28,811 bases of DNA. Origin: a virus. Taxonomy: Duplodnaviria; Caudoviricetes. Shown one piece after another: positions 1-7,424 of the stretch. Each line of letters starts with the position of its first letter. Positions within the stretch are counted from its first letter, which is position 1. The translations under genes were made by a program, and so were the position numbers. Below the pieces are notes generated by a model that made no database searches, was not told where the DNA came from, and was given only the letters and a program-made list of their open reading frames with translations. The stretch covers positions 1-28,811 of the IMG/VR virus record IMGVR_UViG_3300037467_000973; one strand, written 5' to 3'.

Positions 1-53
1 CCAAGGTCGAAGCCGCCAATGCCGGCAAAAAGCGAGAGAACGTGCAGGGTCAT
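1..53 (-). CDS. DNA (cytosine-5) methyltransferase, N-terminus only (runs off window)
   Basis: Hand translation MTLHVLSLFAGIGGFDLG = C5-MTase motif I (FxGxGG); ATG overlaps upstream stop (ATGA). Confidence 0.88.
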   Translation of the reverse strand, partial: MTLHVLSLFAGIGGFDL

Positions 54-292
54 GCCGCCGCCGCCCTCAGTTGCATCTGCATCGTGCTTCGCAGCTCGCG
101 TTCGACTGTTGCGGTTAGGTGTTCATCCGGAAGCGGCTGCGCCTGACGCTCGCGAATCTCTTGCTCGACACGCTGTTCCCACGGTTCATCATGACAGCGG
201 CAGCGGCTGCTCAGCGTCATACCCGTGCGCTTGAGCGTGCCTTCGATGATGTAGCCCCAGCAAACCGGGCATTCTGCGAAGGGGAGGCTCAC
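50..292 (-). CDS. Hypothetical protein with CxxC...CxC putative Zn site
   Basis: GTG at 292 overlaps stop of upstream gene (GTGA); CPVC and CRCH motifs. Confidence 0.7.
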   Translation of the reverse strand: MSLPFAECPVCWGYIIEGTLKRTGMTLSSRCRCHDEPWEQRVEQEIRERQAQPLPDEHLTATVERELRSTMQMQLRAAAA

Positions 293-591
293 TGGTCGCG
301 CTCCACAAGCTCGATTGCTCTGTCGAAAGCGGCTAGGACTTCGGCTTGGGTGCGCTCGGGAGCGTCGTTCCAATTTGCAAGCAGGATTTCGCCAGTCGCG
401 AGCTGCAATGGCTTCAGAGCCTCATTGGGCGCATCGACCGCGTTGAATGCGCCATACACACACCAGCAAACGGCCTTTGGGTCATGCGGGTCACAATCGC
501 GGCCAAGCGCATCACGGGCTTGATCGATTTGGCACCACCCGCGCTCAATCAGCGCCCGCGCTTCACACAGCTTGTCGGCAATCGCGCTCAC
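289..591 (-). CDS. Conserved phage hypothetical (DUF6197-like)
   Basis: GTGA-coupled start at 591; ARALIERGWCQ...CVYGA...WNDAPERTQAEVLAAFDRAI pattern. Confidence 0.75.
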   Translation of the reverse strand: MSAIADKLCEARALIERGWCQIDQARDALGRDCDPHDPKAVCWCVYGAFNAVDAPNEALKPLQLATGEILLANWNDAPERTQAEVLAAFDRAIELVERDQ

Positions 592-890
592 AGCGCCGCC
601 CCCCACAGGAACGCTGCCAGCACCGTCACGAGACAGCCGACCATGAACGAGCCCCATGCCACAATCAGCATTTCATCGCCGGTCCACAGCTTCGGCTCGC
701 GAACGGGGCGGATACCGGTGACTAGCGGCCGCAGCGCTTGTTGCATCCCAGCATCGCGGGTTGCCCTCGCAGCGCGCTCAAGATCGATCGGCGGGCAGGA
801 TGTAGGGGCGGGAAGGAAGGGGGCGCCCTCCCGCTCCTGATCGACCGAGCGCGGGCCGATGGGGAAGAGATCGTGGATTGAGGCGGTCAT
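588..890 (-). CDS. Hypothetical protein with C-terminal TM helix
   Basis: Coupled to both neighbours; hydrophobic C-terminus. Confidence 0.7.
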   Translation of the reverse strand: MTASIHDLFPIGPRSVDQEREGAPFLPAPTSCPPIDLERAARATRDAGMQQALRPLVTGIRPVREPKLWTGDEMLIVAWGSFMVGCLVTVLAAFLWGAAL

Positions 891-1594
891 GCGACCCTCC
901 CGTAATCAGCAGGGAGCGGCGGAATTGCTTCCGGCCCAGCAAACCCGAACAGTGGCAGGAAGAAGAACGACTGACCCTTCTCGCGCATGATGCGAGCGCC
1001 CTGGATTTCGCCGCAGGCATAAGCTGCTGCATATGTGGCGGCCCTCGCGGCGGCCCACGCGGCGGCCCACGCGGCATCCCCCGCGGCGGCCCACGCGGCG
1101 GCCCACGCGGCGGCCCACGCGGCGTCCCTCGCGGCGTCCCTCGCGGCGGCCCACGCGGCGTCCCTCGCGGCGTCCCTCGCGGCGTCCCTCGCGGCGGCCC
1201 ACTGTTCGTCGGTCATGCTGTCGAGGTAAAACCAGAATGCGAGAATGGTTTGTGCTTGATCACCAAGCACCTTTTCGGGGTTGGTCAGGACGATCGACGG
1301 AGCGCCATCAGCCTTGTCATTGATGGTGCGTAGCAGGATGGAATGTGCTACCGAGATATTGAGGCGCTTGGCCGTCTCCCGATCAGCGTCATCCTGATCG
1401 GTGTTGCGCAGCTTCTCCGGCGACCAACCGGCGAGCAGGTGAAGCACCTGACCCTGCGCACACATGCAACCGATGTTGGAGTTGTCGGCCTCGTAAGCCG
1501 ACCAGTCGATGAGCGACCCCTTGTATGGCTTGCCTTCGCCAGAGTCCCACCGCGCAATCAGGTCTGCAATATCTGTCGCCACCATAAGCTCCAT
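887..1594 (-). CDS. Phage protein with AAWA/AARD tetrapeptide repeats; first gene of leftward operon
   Basis: 235-aa ORF directly downstream of the pL-like promoter; about 13 tetrapeptide repeats. Confidence 0.85.
   Translation of the reverse strand: MELMVATDIADLIARWDSGEGKPYKGSLIDWSAYEADNSNIGCMCAQGQVLHLLAGWSPEKLRNTDQDDADRETAKRLNISVAHSILLRTINDKADGAPSIVLTNPEKVLGDQAQTILAFWFYLDSMTDEQWAAARDAARDAARDAAWAAARDAARDAAWAAAWAAAWAAAGDAAWAAAWAAARAATYAAAYACGEIQGARIMREKGQSFFFLPLFGFAGPEAIPPLPADYGRVA
1040..1201. repeat. 12-bp tandem repeat, about 13 units (GCGGCCCACGCG / GCGTCCCTCGCG variants)
   Basis: Directly visible; coding strand reads GCC GCG TGG GCC or GCC GCG AGG GAC. Confidence 0.95.
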
Positions 1595-1611
1595 CGGTTG
1601 TCCGTTGGAGC

Positions 1612-1654
1612 CATAAACACCGAACTGGTGTCACTGTCAACACCAAAATGTATC
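1612..1654 (-). promoter_or_regulatory. pL-like promoter with operators
   Basis: Minus-strand TTGACA (1640-1635), 17 nt, TTTATG; palindrome ACACC-N5-GGTGT at 1617-1631; half-site ACACC at 1640-1644. Confidence 0.75.
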
Positions 1655-1697
1655 GGGTGAAAAATTAAATGTCTGACACTTTCCTACAACCAGTGCG

Positions 1698-1726
1698 TTG
1701 CTGTAAAAGAACAAAATGCGAACACT
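1698..1726 (+). promoter_or_regulatory. Candidate SOS promoter with alphaproteobacterial LexA box
   Basis: GAAC-AAAATGC-GAAC at 1709-1723 (GAAC-N7-GAAC) lying within TTGCTG-17-AACACT. Confidence 0.75.
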
Positions 1727-1838
1727 TGGCCGCGTCGTTACGCTCAACGACATTCAGCTTGCAGCAAACCTAGTTACGGTTAACGTGCTCAGTTGGTCGC
1801 CTGGGGAGGGGCCGTGTAGCGTTGGGGAGGGTAGTAAG

Positions 1839-2132
1839 GTGCCGCAAGAAATGGCCGCTTTGGAAAGCTACGCGGAGGACTGCGGAGTTTCCACCTTCCT
1901 GAGCTTGGCAGCCACGCGAATCGCTATCCGCGTCGGTGAGCTAGAATCTCAACTACGGGTCGCGCCACTTCAGGATCGCGTCGGGCTTGAGGATGCCTTG
2001 CGAACGTCTCGCTCAACGCTAGTAATACTGTGGCGAGATCTGCAACGATCGAGGGGGATGGATCACCGCCTCCGAGCGCTATCCGCGCCAGAGTTAGTGC
2101 AACCTCATTTGCGACTGGTTCACTCAGAGTAA
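1839..2132 (+). CDS. Putative LexA-controlled protein (candidate antirepressor), antisense-overlapping the repressor
   Basis: SD GGGGAGGG 1824-1831 then GTG 1839; 97 aa, helical-looking, ends PHLRLVHSE. Confidence 0.5.
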   Translation: MPQEMAALESYAEDCGVSTFLSLAATRIAIRVGELESQLRVAPLQDRVGLEDALRTSRSTLVILWRDLQRSRGMDHRLRALSAPELVQPHLRLVHSE

Positions 2133-2352
2133 ACTGCTCGCCTTGGCTGGCAATGAGCTCAGCCGGATCGACGCTGAGCGCTTTGGCCACCCGCTCGATC
2201 CAATCGACGGTGAGCCGGCGGTCGCCCTTTTCCAGCTTCTCGATCTGTTGACCGGACGTAGGCGGAGTCAGACGCGCCCCAAGTTGCGGGCGTGACCAAC
2301 CACGTTCTTCGCGCAGACGGCGAAGGTTCCCAGAGATTCGGGATGCGAGCAC
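1924..2352 (-). CDS. CI-like XRE HTH repressor, no S24 peptidase domain
   Basis: LRRLREERGWSRPQLG...QQIEKLEKGDRRLTVDWIERVAKALSVDPAELI; divergent from cro; GTG 2352 preferred over ORF-track start 2424, which lies in the operator region. Confidence 0.88.
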   Translation of the reverse strand: MLASRISGNLRRLREERGWSRPQLGARLTPPTSGQQIEKLEKGDRRLTVDWIERVAKALSVDPAELIASQGEQFTLSEPVANEVALTLARIALGGGDPSPSIVADLATVLLALSETFARHPQARRDPEVARPVVEILAHRRG

Positions 2353-2372
2353 GACGCCCTTTTGGCTGCTAA

Positions 2373-2440
2373 CAACCGGCGCGGCTATACTGCATAATGG
2401 TGTTGACATTTGCCTCAATCGCAACCAGAGTGGTGTTGCG
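2373..2440 (+). promoter_or_regulatory. pR-like promoter/operator region
   Basis: TTGACA 2403-2408, 17 nt, CAGAGT; CAACC-N5-GGTGT 2422-2436; half-site GGTGT 2399-2403; shares TGGTGTTGACA with pL. Confidence 0.75.
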
Positions 2441-2635
2441 ATGAAGCTAAGCGACTATCTCACAGCCAAGAGCATAACGCGATTTGACTTCGCGCAAATG
2501 ATCGACCGCAGCCCCGAAGCTGTCCGTCGATACATGAAGGGTGAGCGTAAACCAGAACCAGAGACGATGCTGAGGATCGCCGAGATCACAGAGGGTGAAG
2601 TCACTGCCAATGACTTCTTCGGGATCGCGGCGTGA
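2441..2635 (+). CDS. cro: Cro-like HTH protein
   Basis: 64-aa HTH, MKLSDYL...GERKPEPETMLRIAEITEGEVTANDFF, divergent from repressor. Confidence 0.9.
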   Translation: MKLSDYLTAKSITRFDFAQMIDRSPEAVRRYMKGERKPEPETMLRIAEITEGEVTANDFFGIAA

Positions 2636-2973
2636 TTTACTTCGTGAAGCCAATCGGTCTTGCCGGACCCATCAAAATTGGCCACGCGAAGTATTGGGAC
2701 GTGCGAGGCCCCAACCTTCAAACATGGTCGCCACTCCCGCTCGAATGCATCGCTCTTATCGACGGCGATGTTGCGCTGGAACGGCGCTTCCATGCATTGT
2801 TTCAGGAATGCCGGTCGCACGGGGAGTGGTTTCATCCCGTCCCCCGTCTGCTGACCGTGATCGAACAGATTGCTCACGGCGACTTCGACTTTGGGAGTCT
2901 GCCGGAGCCCATCACATTGCCGCGCTGCTCGTCACCGCGCTTCCGCGTGATTTCGCGGGAGATGGCGCAATGA
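2632..2973 (+). CDS. T5orf172/MUG113-like (GIY-YIG family) protein
   Basis: IYFV...IKIG...LERRFHALF...GEWF motifs. Confidence 0.85.
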   Translation: MIYFVKPIGLAGPIKIGHAKYWDVRGPNLQTWSPLPLECIALIDGDVALERRFHALFQECRSHGEWFHPVPRLLTVIEQIAHGDFDFGSLPEPITLPRCSSPRFRVISREMAQ

Positions 2974-2998
2974 TCCACGTTCTCGGCGAGCCCTGACC

Positions 2999-3217
2999 AT
3001 GCCGGGGGACCAGATCATCGCTGTCGCAATCGCCCTCGGGACGATCGCCTTCCTCATTCACCGCGTCCTTACGCGCACCATTCTCCCGGAGCTCCGCGAT
3101 GATGCGGGCGGCGACTACGCCAACGGGGACTGCTTTCCGGAGCCGGTTCTTCGGGGTGATTTCAAAGTCTTTCATTCCACCCCTGTAACCGATGGAGGGC
3201 AACGGAATCATGGCTGA
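2999..3217 (+). CDS. Hypothetical protein
   Basis: Fills an operon gap; N-terminal hydrophobic stretch; no motif. Confidence 0.35.
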   Translation: MPGDQIIAVAIALGTIAFLIHRVLTRTILPELRDDAGGDYANGDCFPEPVLRGDFKVFHSTPVTDGGQRNHG

Positions 3218-3620
3218 TGAATCCGCGAACGCGAACCTGATCGTCCAGCAAAAGGCGCTGTTCAGGCTCGCCGCCGCCAAGGGCTTCACGCAAGAGCTGA
3301 TCCACCAGGAAACGAGGATCAGCACGACCTCGCTGAGCGAATACGCGACCGGCAAGACTAAGCTTAGCCTCGTAGCAATGCGCCGGCTCGCCGAGGTTCC
3401 GGACTTCCCGCTCGAACTGCTGTCCCTGCTGTTTCCGCAAGGGATGGCGATCGTCCGCGTCCCGTCAGGCATCAACCACGACGAAATCGCCGAGGCGATG
3501 CACGACTTCCTGCAAACCAAGGAGCGAGCTCACCATCCGGAAAGTGAGGCTGGTCGGGAGATCGGGCCGAACGAGGACAATGTTTTGCGCGGCAAGTTCG
3601 CGCGGGTGAGGGCGGCATGA
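3210..3620 (+). CDS. CII-position HTH regulator
   Basis: SD GGAGGG upstream of ATG 3210; HTH-like TQELIHQETRISTTSLSEYATG; lambdoid CII position. Confidence 0.7.
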   Translation: MADESANANLIVQQKALFRLAAAKGFTQELIHQETRISTTSLSEYATGKTKLSLVAMRRLAEVPDFPLELLSLLFPQGMAIVRVPSGINHDEIAEAMHDFLQTKERAHHPESEAGREIGPNEDNVLRGKFARVRAA

Positions 3621-3766
3621 AGTTCTGGGTAGGGCTGGACTTCTTCAACGTCGCCATTGTCGCGTTGGGACAGGTTTTAGTGGGAGACCCCCTCGCAGCG
3701 TTCGCCATTGCGCTATCTGCCATCGGGCTCGCTGGCGCGGCATATGAAACGGGGAGGGCGGCATGA
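3617..3766 (+). CDS. Small membrane protein (49 aa)
   Basis: Hand translation MKFWVGLDFFNVAIVALGQVLVGDPLAAFAIALSAIGLAGAAYETGRAA; ATGA-coupled at both ends. Confidence 0.65.
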   Translation: MKFWVGLDFFNVAIVALGQVLVGDPLAAFAIALSAIGLAGAAYETGRAA

Positions 3767-3882
3767 ACCTTCTCGGCGCTCTTGCCATAGCCATTCTTTG
3801 GCCGGTTCTGGCGGTCATCTGCCTGGCTGCCTTTGTCTGCTCCTGCGTATCGGATGGAGTGACCAAATGGGCAACGCGATAG
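3763..3882 (+). CDS. Small membrane protein (39 aa)
   Basis: MNLLGALAIAILWPVLAVICLAAFVCSCVSDGVTKWATR; SD GGAGGG and ATGA coupling. Confidence 0.6.
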   Translation: MNLLGALAIAILWPVLAVICLAAFVCSCVSDGVTKWATR

Positions 3883-4019
3883 TCGGCTTCGCCCGCTGGT
3901 ATTGGCGCCAGATCAAGCGCTCTCCCCGCGACATCGCCTTCTACATTCTCGGCGGAATCGTCGTCTCGGTGTTCATCACCCTACCCAGGGTTCTGAACGC
4001 TGTTGTCGGGTTGCTCTGA
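3867..4019 (+). CDS. Small membrane protein (50 aa)
   Basis: SD GGAG upstream of ATG 3867; basic patch then TM segment IAFYILGGIVVSVFITL. Confidence 0.6.
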   Translation: MGNAIVGFARWYWRQIKRSPRDIAFYILGGIVVSVFITLPRVLNAVVGLL

Positions 4020-4021
4020 CG

Positions 4022-4366
4022 ATGGCGGGGGGATTTATCGAGCTTCCGTTTCCGCCGGCTACGCTGAGCGGTCATAACACGGGTCACTGGCGGGCAAAGT
4101 CGCCGCTGGTGAAGAAGCATCGCGAATGGGCGCGGCTCGCCACCCTGGCGGCACAACCGAACGTGCCCACGGAAGGTGACATTCGGGTGAGTGTCATTTT
4201 CTATCCGCCCAACAAACGCGGCGATCGTGTGAACTTCCCAAACCGCTGCAAGCCATACTTCGATGGCATCGCGGACGCGTTGAAAGTCAACGATAGCCGG
4301 TTCATTCCCGCATACCATTTTGCCGAGCCAGTAGCGAACGCTCGGGTCGTGGTGGTGATAGGGTGA
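4022..4366 (+). CDS. rusA: RusA-like Holliday junction resolvase
   Basis: IELPFPP...FYPPNKRGDRVN...KPYFDGIADALKVNDSRF. Confidence 0.82.
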   Translation: MAGGFIELPFPPATLSGHNTGHWRAKSPLVKKHREWARLATLAAQPNVPTEGDIRVSVIFYPPNKRGDRVNFPNRCKPYFDGIADALKVNDSRFIPAYHFAEPVANARVVVVIG

Positions 4367-4593
4367 CTCGCGCCACTCATCCATCGGCGGCCCCACGCCC
4401 AGCGTTCATCTCGCTTGCCCCGGCTGCCCTGGCCGCTGTGAGGCACGGCAACACCCTTTCCAACATCAATGTGGTGAGGTGGGCTGAAACCTATTCCCCG
4501 GCGACCGTCGAAGATGTCCGCGAGGCCTTCGAGCGAGCTCATACCGAGCTCAGCCGGCAACCGCAGAACTCATACGAGGTTGAGGGGAAATGA
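4363..4593 (+). CDS. Hypothetical protein
   Basis: 4-nt overlaps with both neighbours. Confidence 0.7.
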   Translation: MTRATHPSAAPRPAFISLAPAALAAVRHGNTLSNINVVRWAETYSPATVEDVREAFERAHTELSRQPQNSYEVEGK

Positions 4594-4886
4594 AGCCGAC
4601 GATCCGCCACGTTCAGGAAACTGTGGCCGAGCATTTCGCCATCGATCCATCAGCGATGGTCTGCGCTAGACTAGACCCGTGCAACGCGCTTCATCTGCCG
4701 CGGCAAACGGCCATGTTCTTTGCCCGCCAAGTGACGGGGCACAGCCGTTCGGTCATCGCTTATTGGTTCAACCGTAGAAATCACACGACGGTCCTCCACG
4801 CTGAGCGCAAGGTAGAAAGACTGTCCGCAGAAAATGACCGGTTCGCGGCGGATCTTCAAACCATTCGCGAGGCGATCGGCTCGTGA
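4590..4886 (+). CDS. DnaA C-terminal-like HTH protein
   Basis: PRQTAMFFARQVTGHS...FNRRNHTTVLHAERKV matches the DnaA domain IV signature (RDHTTVxHA). Confidence 0.88.
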   Translation: MKPTIRHVQETVAEHFAIDPSAMVCARLDPCNALHLPRQTAMFFARQVTGHSRSVIAYWFNRRNHTTVLHAERKVERLSAENDRFAADLQTIREAIGS

Positions 4887-5071
4887 CCGCCTTAGCACAA
4901 ACGATCCGCGCCTCACAGGACGAGGTGCAGCTCGCATGGTCGATTTACAGAACGCTTCTGATCGCCGAGGCTGATGACCCGCACCTTCAGGATAGCCCCG
5001 ATCATCAGCGGAGCATCGCCGTTGCGAGGTTCCGGTTTCAGACGATGTATGACGATTGGGCCGCCCAATGA
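4883..5071 (+). CDS. Hypothetical protein
   Basis: Coupled GTGA/ATGA junctions. Confidence 0.7.
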   Translation: MTALAQTIRASQDEVQLAWSIYRTLLIAEADDPHLQDSPDHQRSIAVARFRFQTMYDDWAAQ

Positions 5072-5730
5072 GCCGGTGGTTCCGTCTTTATGACGAGCTG
5101 CTGGATGATCCCAAGGTCCAGCGGCTGCCCGCCGGAGACTTCAGGGCGTGGATCAATCTGCTTTGCTTGGCGTCGAAGAACAATGGCCGGCTGCCATCGA
5201 TCACGGACATTTCCTTTGCGCTCCGTGAAACGGAGAACGCCGTTTCAACGCTCCTCGAACGGTTGTCGAACGGTGGGCTTATCGAACGCCGGAACGGTGG
5301 TGCAAGCGGTAGCCACTACGCCCCATACAAATGGGACGAAAGGCAATATAAATCAGACACTTCAACCGACCGAGTGAAACGTTTCAGGCAACGTTCCAAA
5401 ACCGTTACTGAAACGGCCCCAGATACAGAAACAGAAACAGAGAAAGAAGAAAGAAAGGGTGGCGACAAGTCGCCCACCAGCTACGCCTTTTTTGGACAGA
5501 CCATCCGGCTCACTCCGCAAGGGTTGCAGCGCTGGCAGAAAACCTATCACGGCATCAATGACATCGACGCCGAGCTGAACACGATCGACGCATGGTGGCA
5601 GTCGCAGCCCGAGGAAGAGCGCAAGAACTGGTTCCACCGAACCGCCGGGATGCTCAATCGCAAGCACCAGGAAACCTTGGCAAACAGAAAGAGGGACGAT
5701 GGGTATGACCCCAACGTCATTACCGTATGA
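5068..5730 (+). CDS. Phage replication initiator / replisome organiser
   Basis: MSRWFRLYDELLDDPKV N-terminus, RVKRFRQR, low-complexity ETETE linker; directly upstream of primase-helicase. Confidence 0.8.
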   Translation: MSRWFRLYDELLDDPKVQRLPAGDFRAWINLLCLASKNNGRLPSITDISFALRETENAVSTLLERLSNGGLIERRNGGASGSHYAPYKWDERQYKSDTSTDRVKRFRQRSKTVTETAPDTETETEKEERKGGDKSPTSYAFFGQTIRLTPQGLQRWQKTYHGINDIDAELNTIDAWWQSQPEEERKNWFHRTAGMLNRKHQETLANRKRDDGYDPNVITV

Positions 5731-5872
5731 GCTACGGCGAGCCGGAAAACACCGCTGCCCGCAATGCTCCGACCAACGGCGCAACAAGCGAGATCGCAGC
5801 CTCAGCGTCAGCGCGGCCGAGGGAGGATTCCTCTTCTGCTGCCACCATTGCGGGTGGTCGGGCGCTACACCC
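5705..5872 (+). CDS. Primase zinc-binding domain (frame stays open to 6268; probably joined to next ORF by +1 shift)
   Basis: SD AGAGGG then ATG 5705; CPQCS...SLSV...FCCHHCGWSG zinc ribbon of T7 gp4/Twinkle-type primases. Confidence 0.8.
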
Positions 5873-7265
5873 GAAGCACGCGGAATGGATCGAGCTGAGG
5901 GGCATCGACCCGAGCCTCGCGCAAAAACTCGGGATCACAACGAAGCGCGAAGGCAGCGCCAACTGGATCGCGGTCCCGTATGTGGAGCTGGGCCAGGTCA
6001 TCAACCACAAGTATCGTCTGTCGTCAGACAAGCGACATCGGATGGACGAGGGAGCGCCCCTCACCCTGTGGAACCACGACGCGCTGCTGGCGGACCAAGC
6101 GAAGCCGCTGATAATCACCGAGGGCGAATGGGACGCCTTGGCGGTCATCCAGTCGGGGTTCAGCCGGTGCGTCTCCGTCCCCAACGGGGCGCCCCAACAA
6201 AAGACCGATCTCCAGGCGAAACGATACGAGTTTCTGTGGCGATCGAAGGATTTGCTCGACCAGGTTAAGCGCGTCATCATCGCAACAGACAACGACGGTC
6301 CTGGGCGCATCCTTGCGGCAGACTTGGCGACGTGGCTCGGCCCGGAGCGTTGTTGGTTTGTTGAATATCCCGATGGCGCGAAAGACATCAACGATGTTCT
6401 GCTGAGCTACGGGACCGAAGGCGTTACGTCGGTTATCGACGGCGCCAAGCCTTATCCGGTTAAGGGCCTCTACCGCCTTTCTGATTTCCCAGAGCCACCA
6501 CCGACAACTTCGCTAGGCGTCGGAATTGCTGGGCTGGATGATTATTTCCAGCTTACGCTCGGCACGTTCTCGGTGATTTCCGGTTGGGCCGGGCACGGCA
6601 AAACATCGCTCCTCATGCGGATGCTCGCAAACCTGATGCAGAAGGGTGTGAACATCGCCCTCGGTTCGTTCGAGACGATGCCGCGGCCAATCCTCGAACG
6701 GCGGATGCGGGCGTGCATCTACGGTTGTGGTGAGGTGGGGCCCAAGGCCAATGCTTCGGGGCCGGCCGATGAGGTTCTTGAGCGTCATCTCAGTGTCATC
6801 GCCCATACAGCGCGAGACGCGGATACCGAACTCGACCTGGACTATATCATCGAACTTGCGAAGACCGCCGTTCTTCGGGATGGTGTTCGCTTGTTGGTTC
6901 TCGACCCGTGGAACGAGATCGAGCACAAGCGCAATTCGGACGAGACTGAAACCGAATACACCTCCCGTGCAATTCGCTCGCTCAAACGGTTCGCGCTGAA
7001 TTACGAGTGCGCCGTGTGGCTGGTCGCTCATCCGCGGAAGCCGCACACTGACGGTAATCCGAAGCCGCCTAGCCTCTATGACCTCGCCGGCTCGGCACAC
7101 TTCGCGAACAAGGCGGATTACGGGCTGATTATCCATCGCCACGACCTCGGCGGAACTGAGGTTGAGGCGCGCGTCGTCAAGGTTCGCATGGGGCTTCCCG
7201 GCAAGCCAGGGCGCGTCGTTCTGAATTGGGAAGCATCGCTGAGCGATTACCGGAGCGCCGCATGA
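5727..7265 (+). CDS. T7 gp4/Twinkle-like primase-helicase (TOPRIM + SF4 helicase); homology starts near 5865
   Basis: ITEGEWDAL, SVPNGA, ATDNDGPG, KDINDVL; Walker A GWAGHGKT; LVLDPWN; VAHPRK; AGSAHFANKADYG. Confidence 0.93.
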   Translation: MSYGEPENTAARNAPTNGATSEIAASASARPREDSSSAATIAGGRALHPKHAEWIELRGIDPSLAQKLGITTKREGSANWIAVPYVELGQVINHKYRLSSDKRHRMDEGAPLTLWNHDALLADQAKPLIITEGEWDALAVIQSGFSRCVSVPNGAPQQKTDLQAKRYEFLWRSKDLLDQVKRVIIATDNDGPGRILAADLATWLGPERCWFVEYPDGAKDINDVLLSYGTEGVTSVIDGAKPYPVKGLYRLSDFPEPPPTTSLGVGIAGLDDYFQLTLGTFSVISGWAGHGKTSLLMRMLANLMQKGVNIALGSFETMPRPILERRMRACIYGCGEVGPKANASGPADEVLERHLSVIAHTARDADTELDLDYIIELAKTAVLRDGVRLLVLDPWNEIEHKRNSDETETEYTSRAIRSLKRFALNYECAVWLVAHPRKPHTDGNPKPPSLYDLAGSAHFANKADYGLIIHRHDLGGTEVEARVVKVRMGLPGKPGRVVLNWEASLSDYRSAA

Positions 7266-7420
7266 CCCCCTACGACGAACAGCGGGAAGCCGAGAAGCTG
7301 CGGGAATATCGCCGGGGAATGCGCGACGTTTACCGCGAGCAAGAGCTTTCGGCCCGAGCCCAGCGCGAGTTTTACGACGAGCTTCTAGGTATCACCCCGA
7401 AACCAGAGGGCAAGGAGTAG
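7262..7420 (+). CDS. Hypothetical protein
   Basis: ATGA-coupled to helicase stop; MTPYDEQREAEK... Confidence 0.6.
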   Translation: MTPYDEQREAEKLREYRRGMRDVYREQELSARAQREFYDELLGITPKPEGKE

Positions 7421-7424
7421 CGTC

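Noticed and set aside
1040-1201. Repeat as CRISPR array or DGR variable region
   Set aside because: No spacers; in-frame coding repeat; no cas gene, reverse transcriptase or separate template repeat in the window
878-1333. Plus-strand repeat ORFs (GGPR, RRPT, AAAH)
   Set aside because: Shadows of the GC-rich minisatellite; the minus-strand gene fits the coupled operon
2912-3520. 202-aa minus-strand ORF and other long antisense ORFs in late genes
   Set aside because: No motifs or SD; expected antisense shadows in high-GC coding DNA
5873-6268. C-terminal extension of the zinc-finger ORF as a real domain
   Set aside because: Arg/Pro/Gly-rich out-of-frame read of the TOPRIM region
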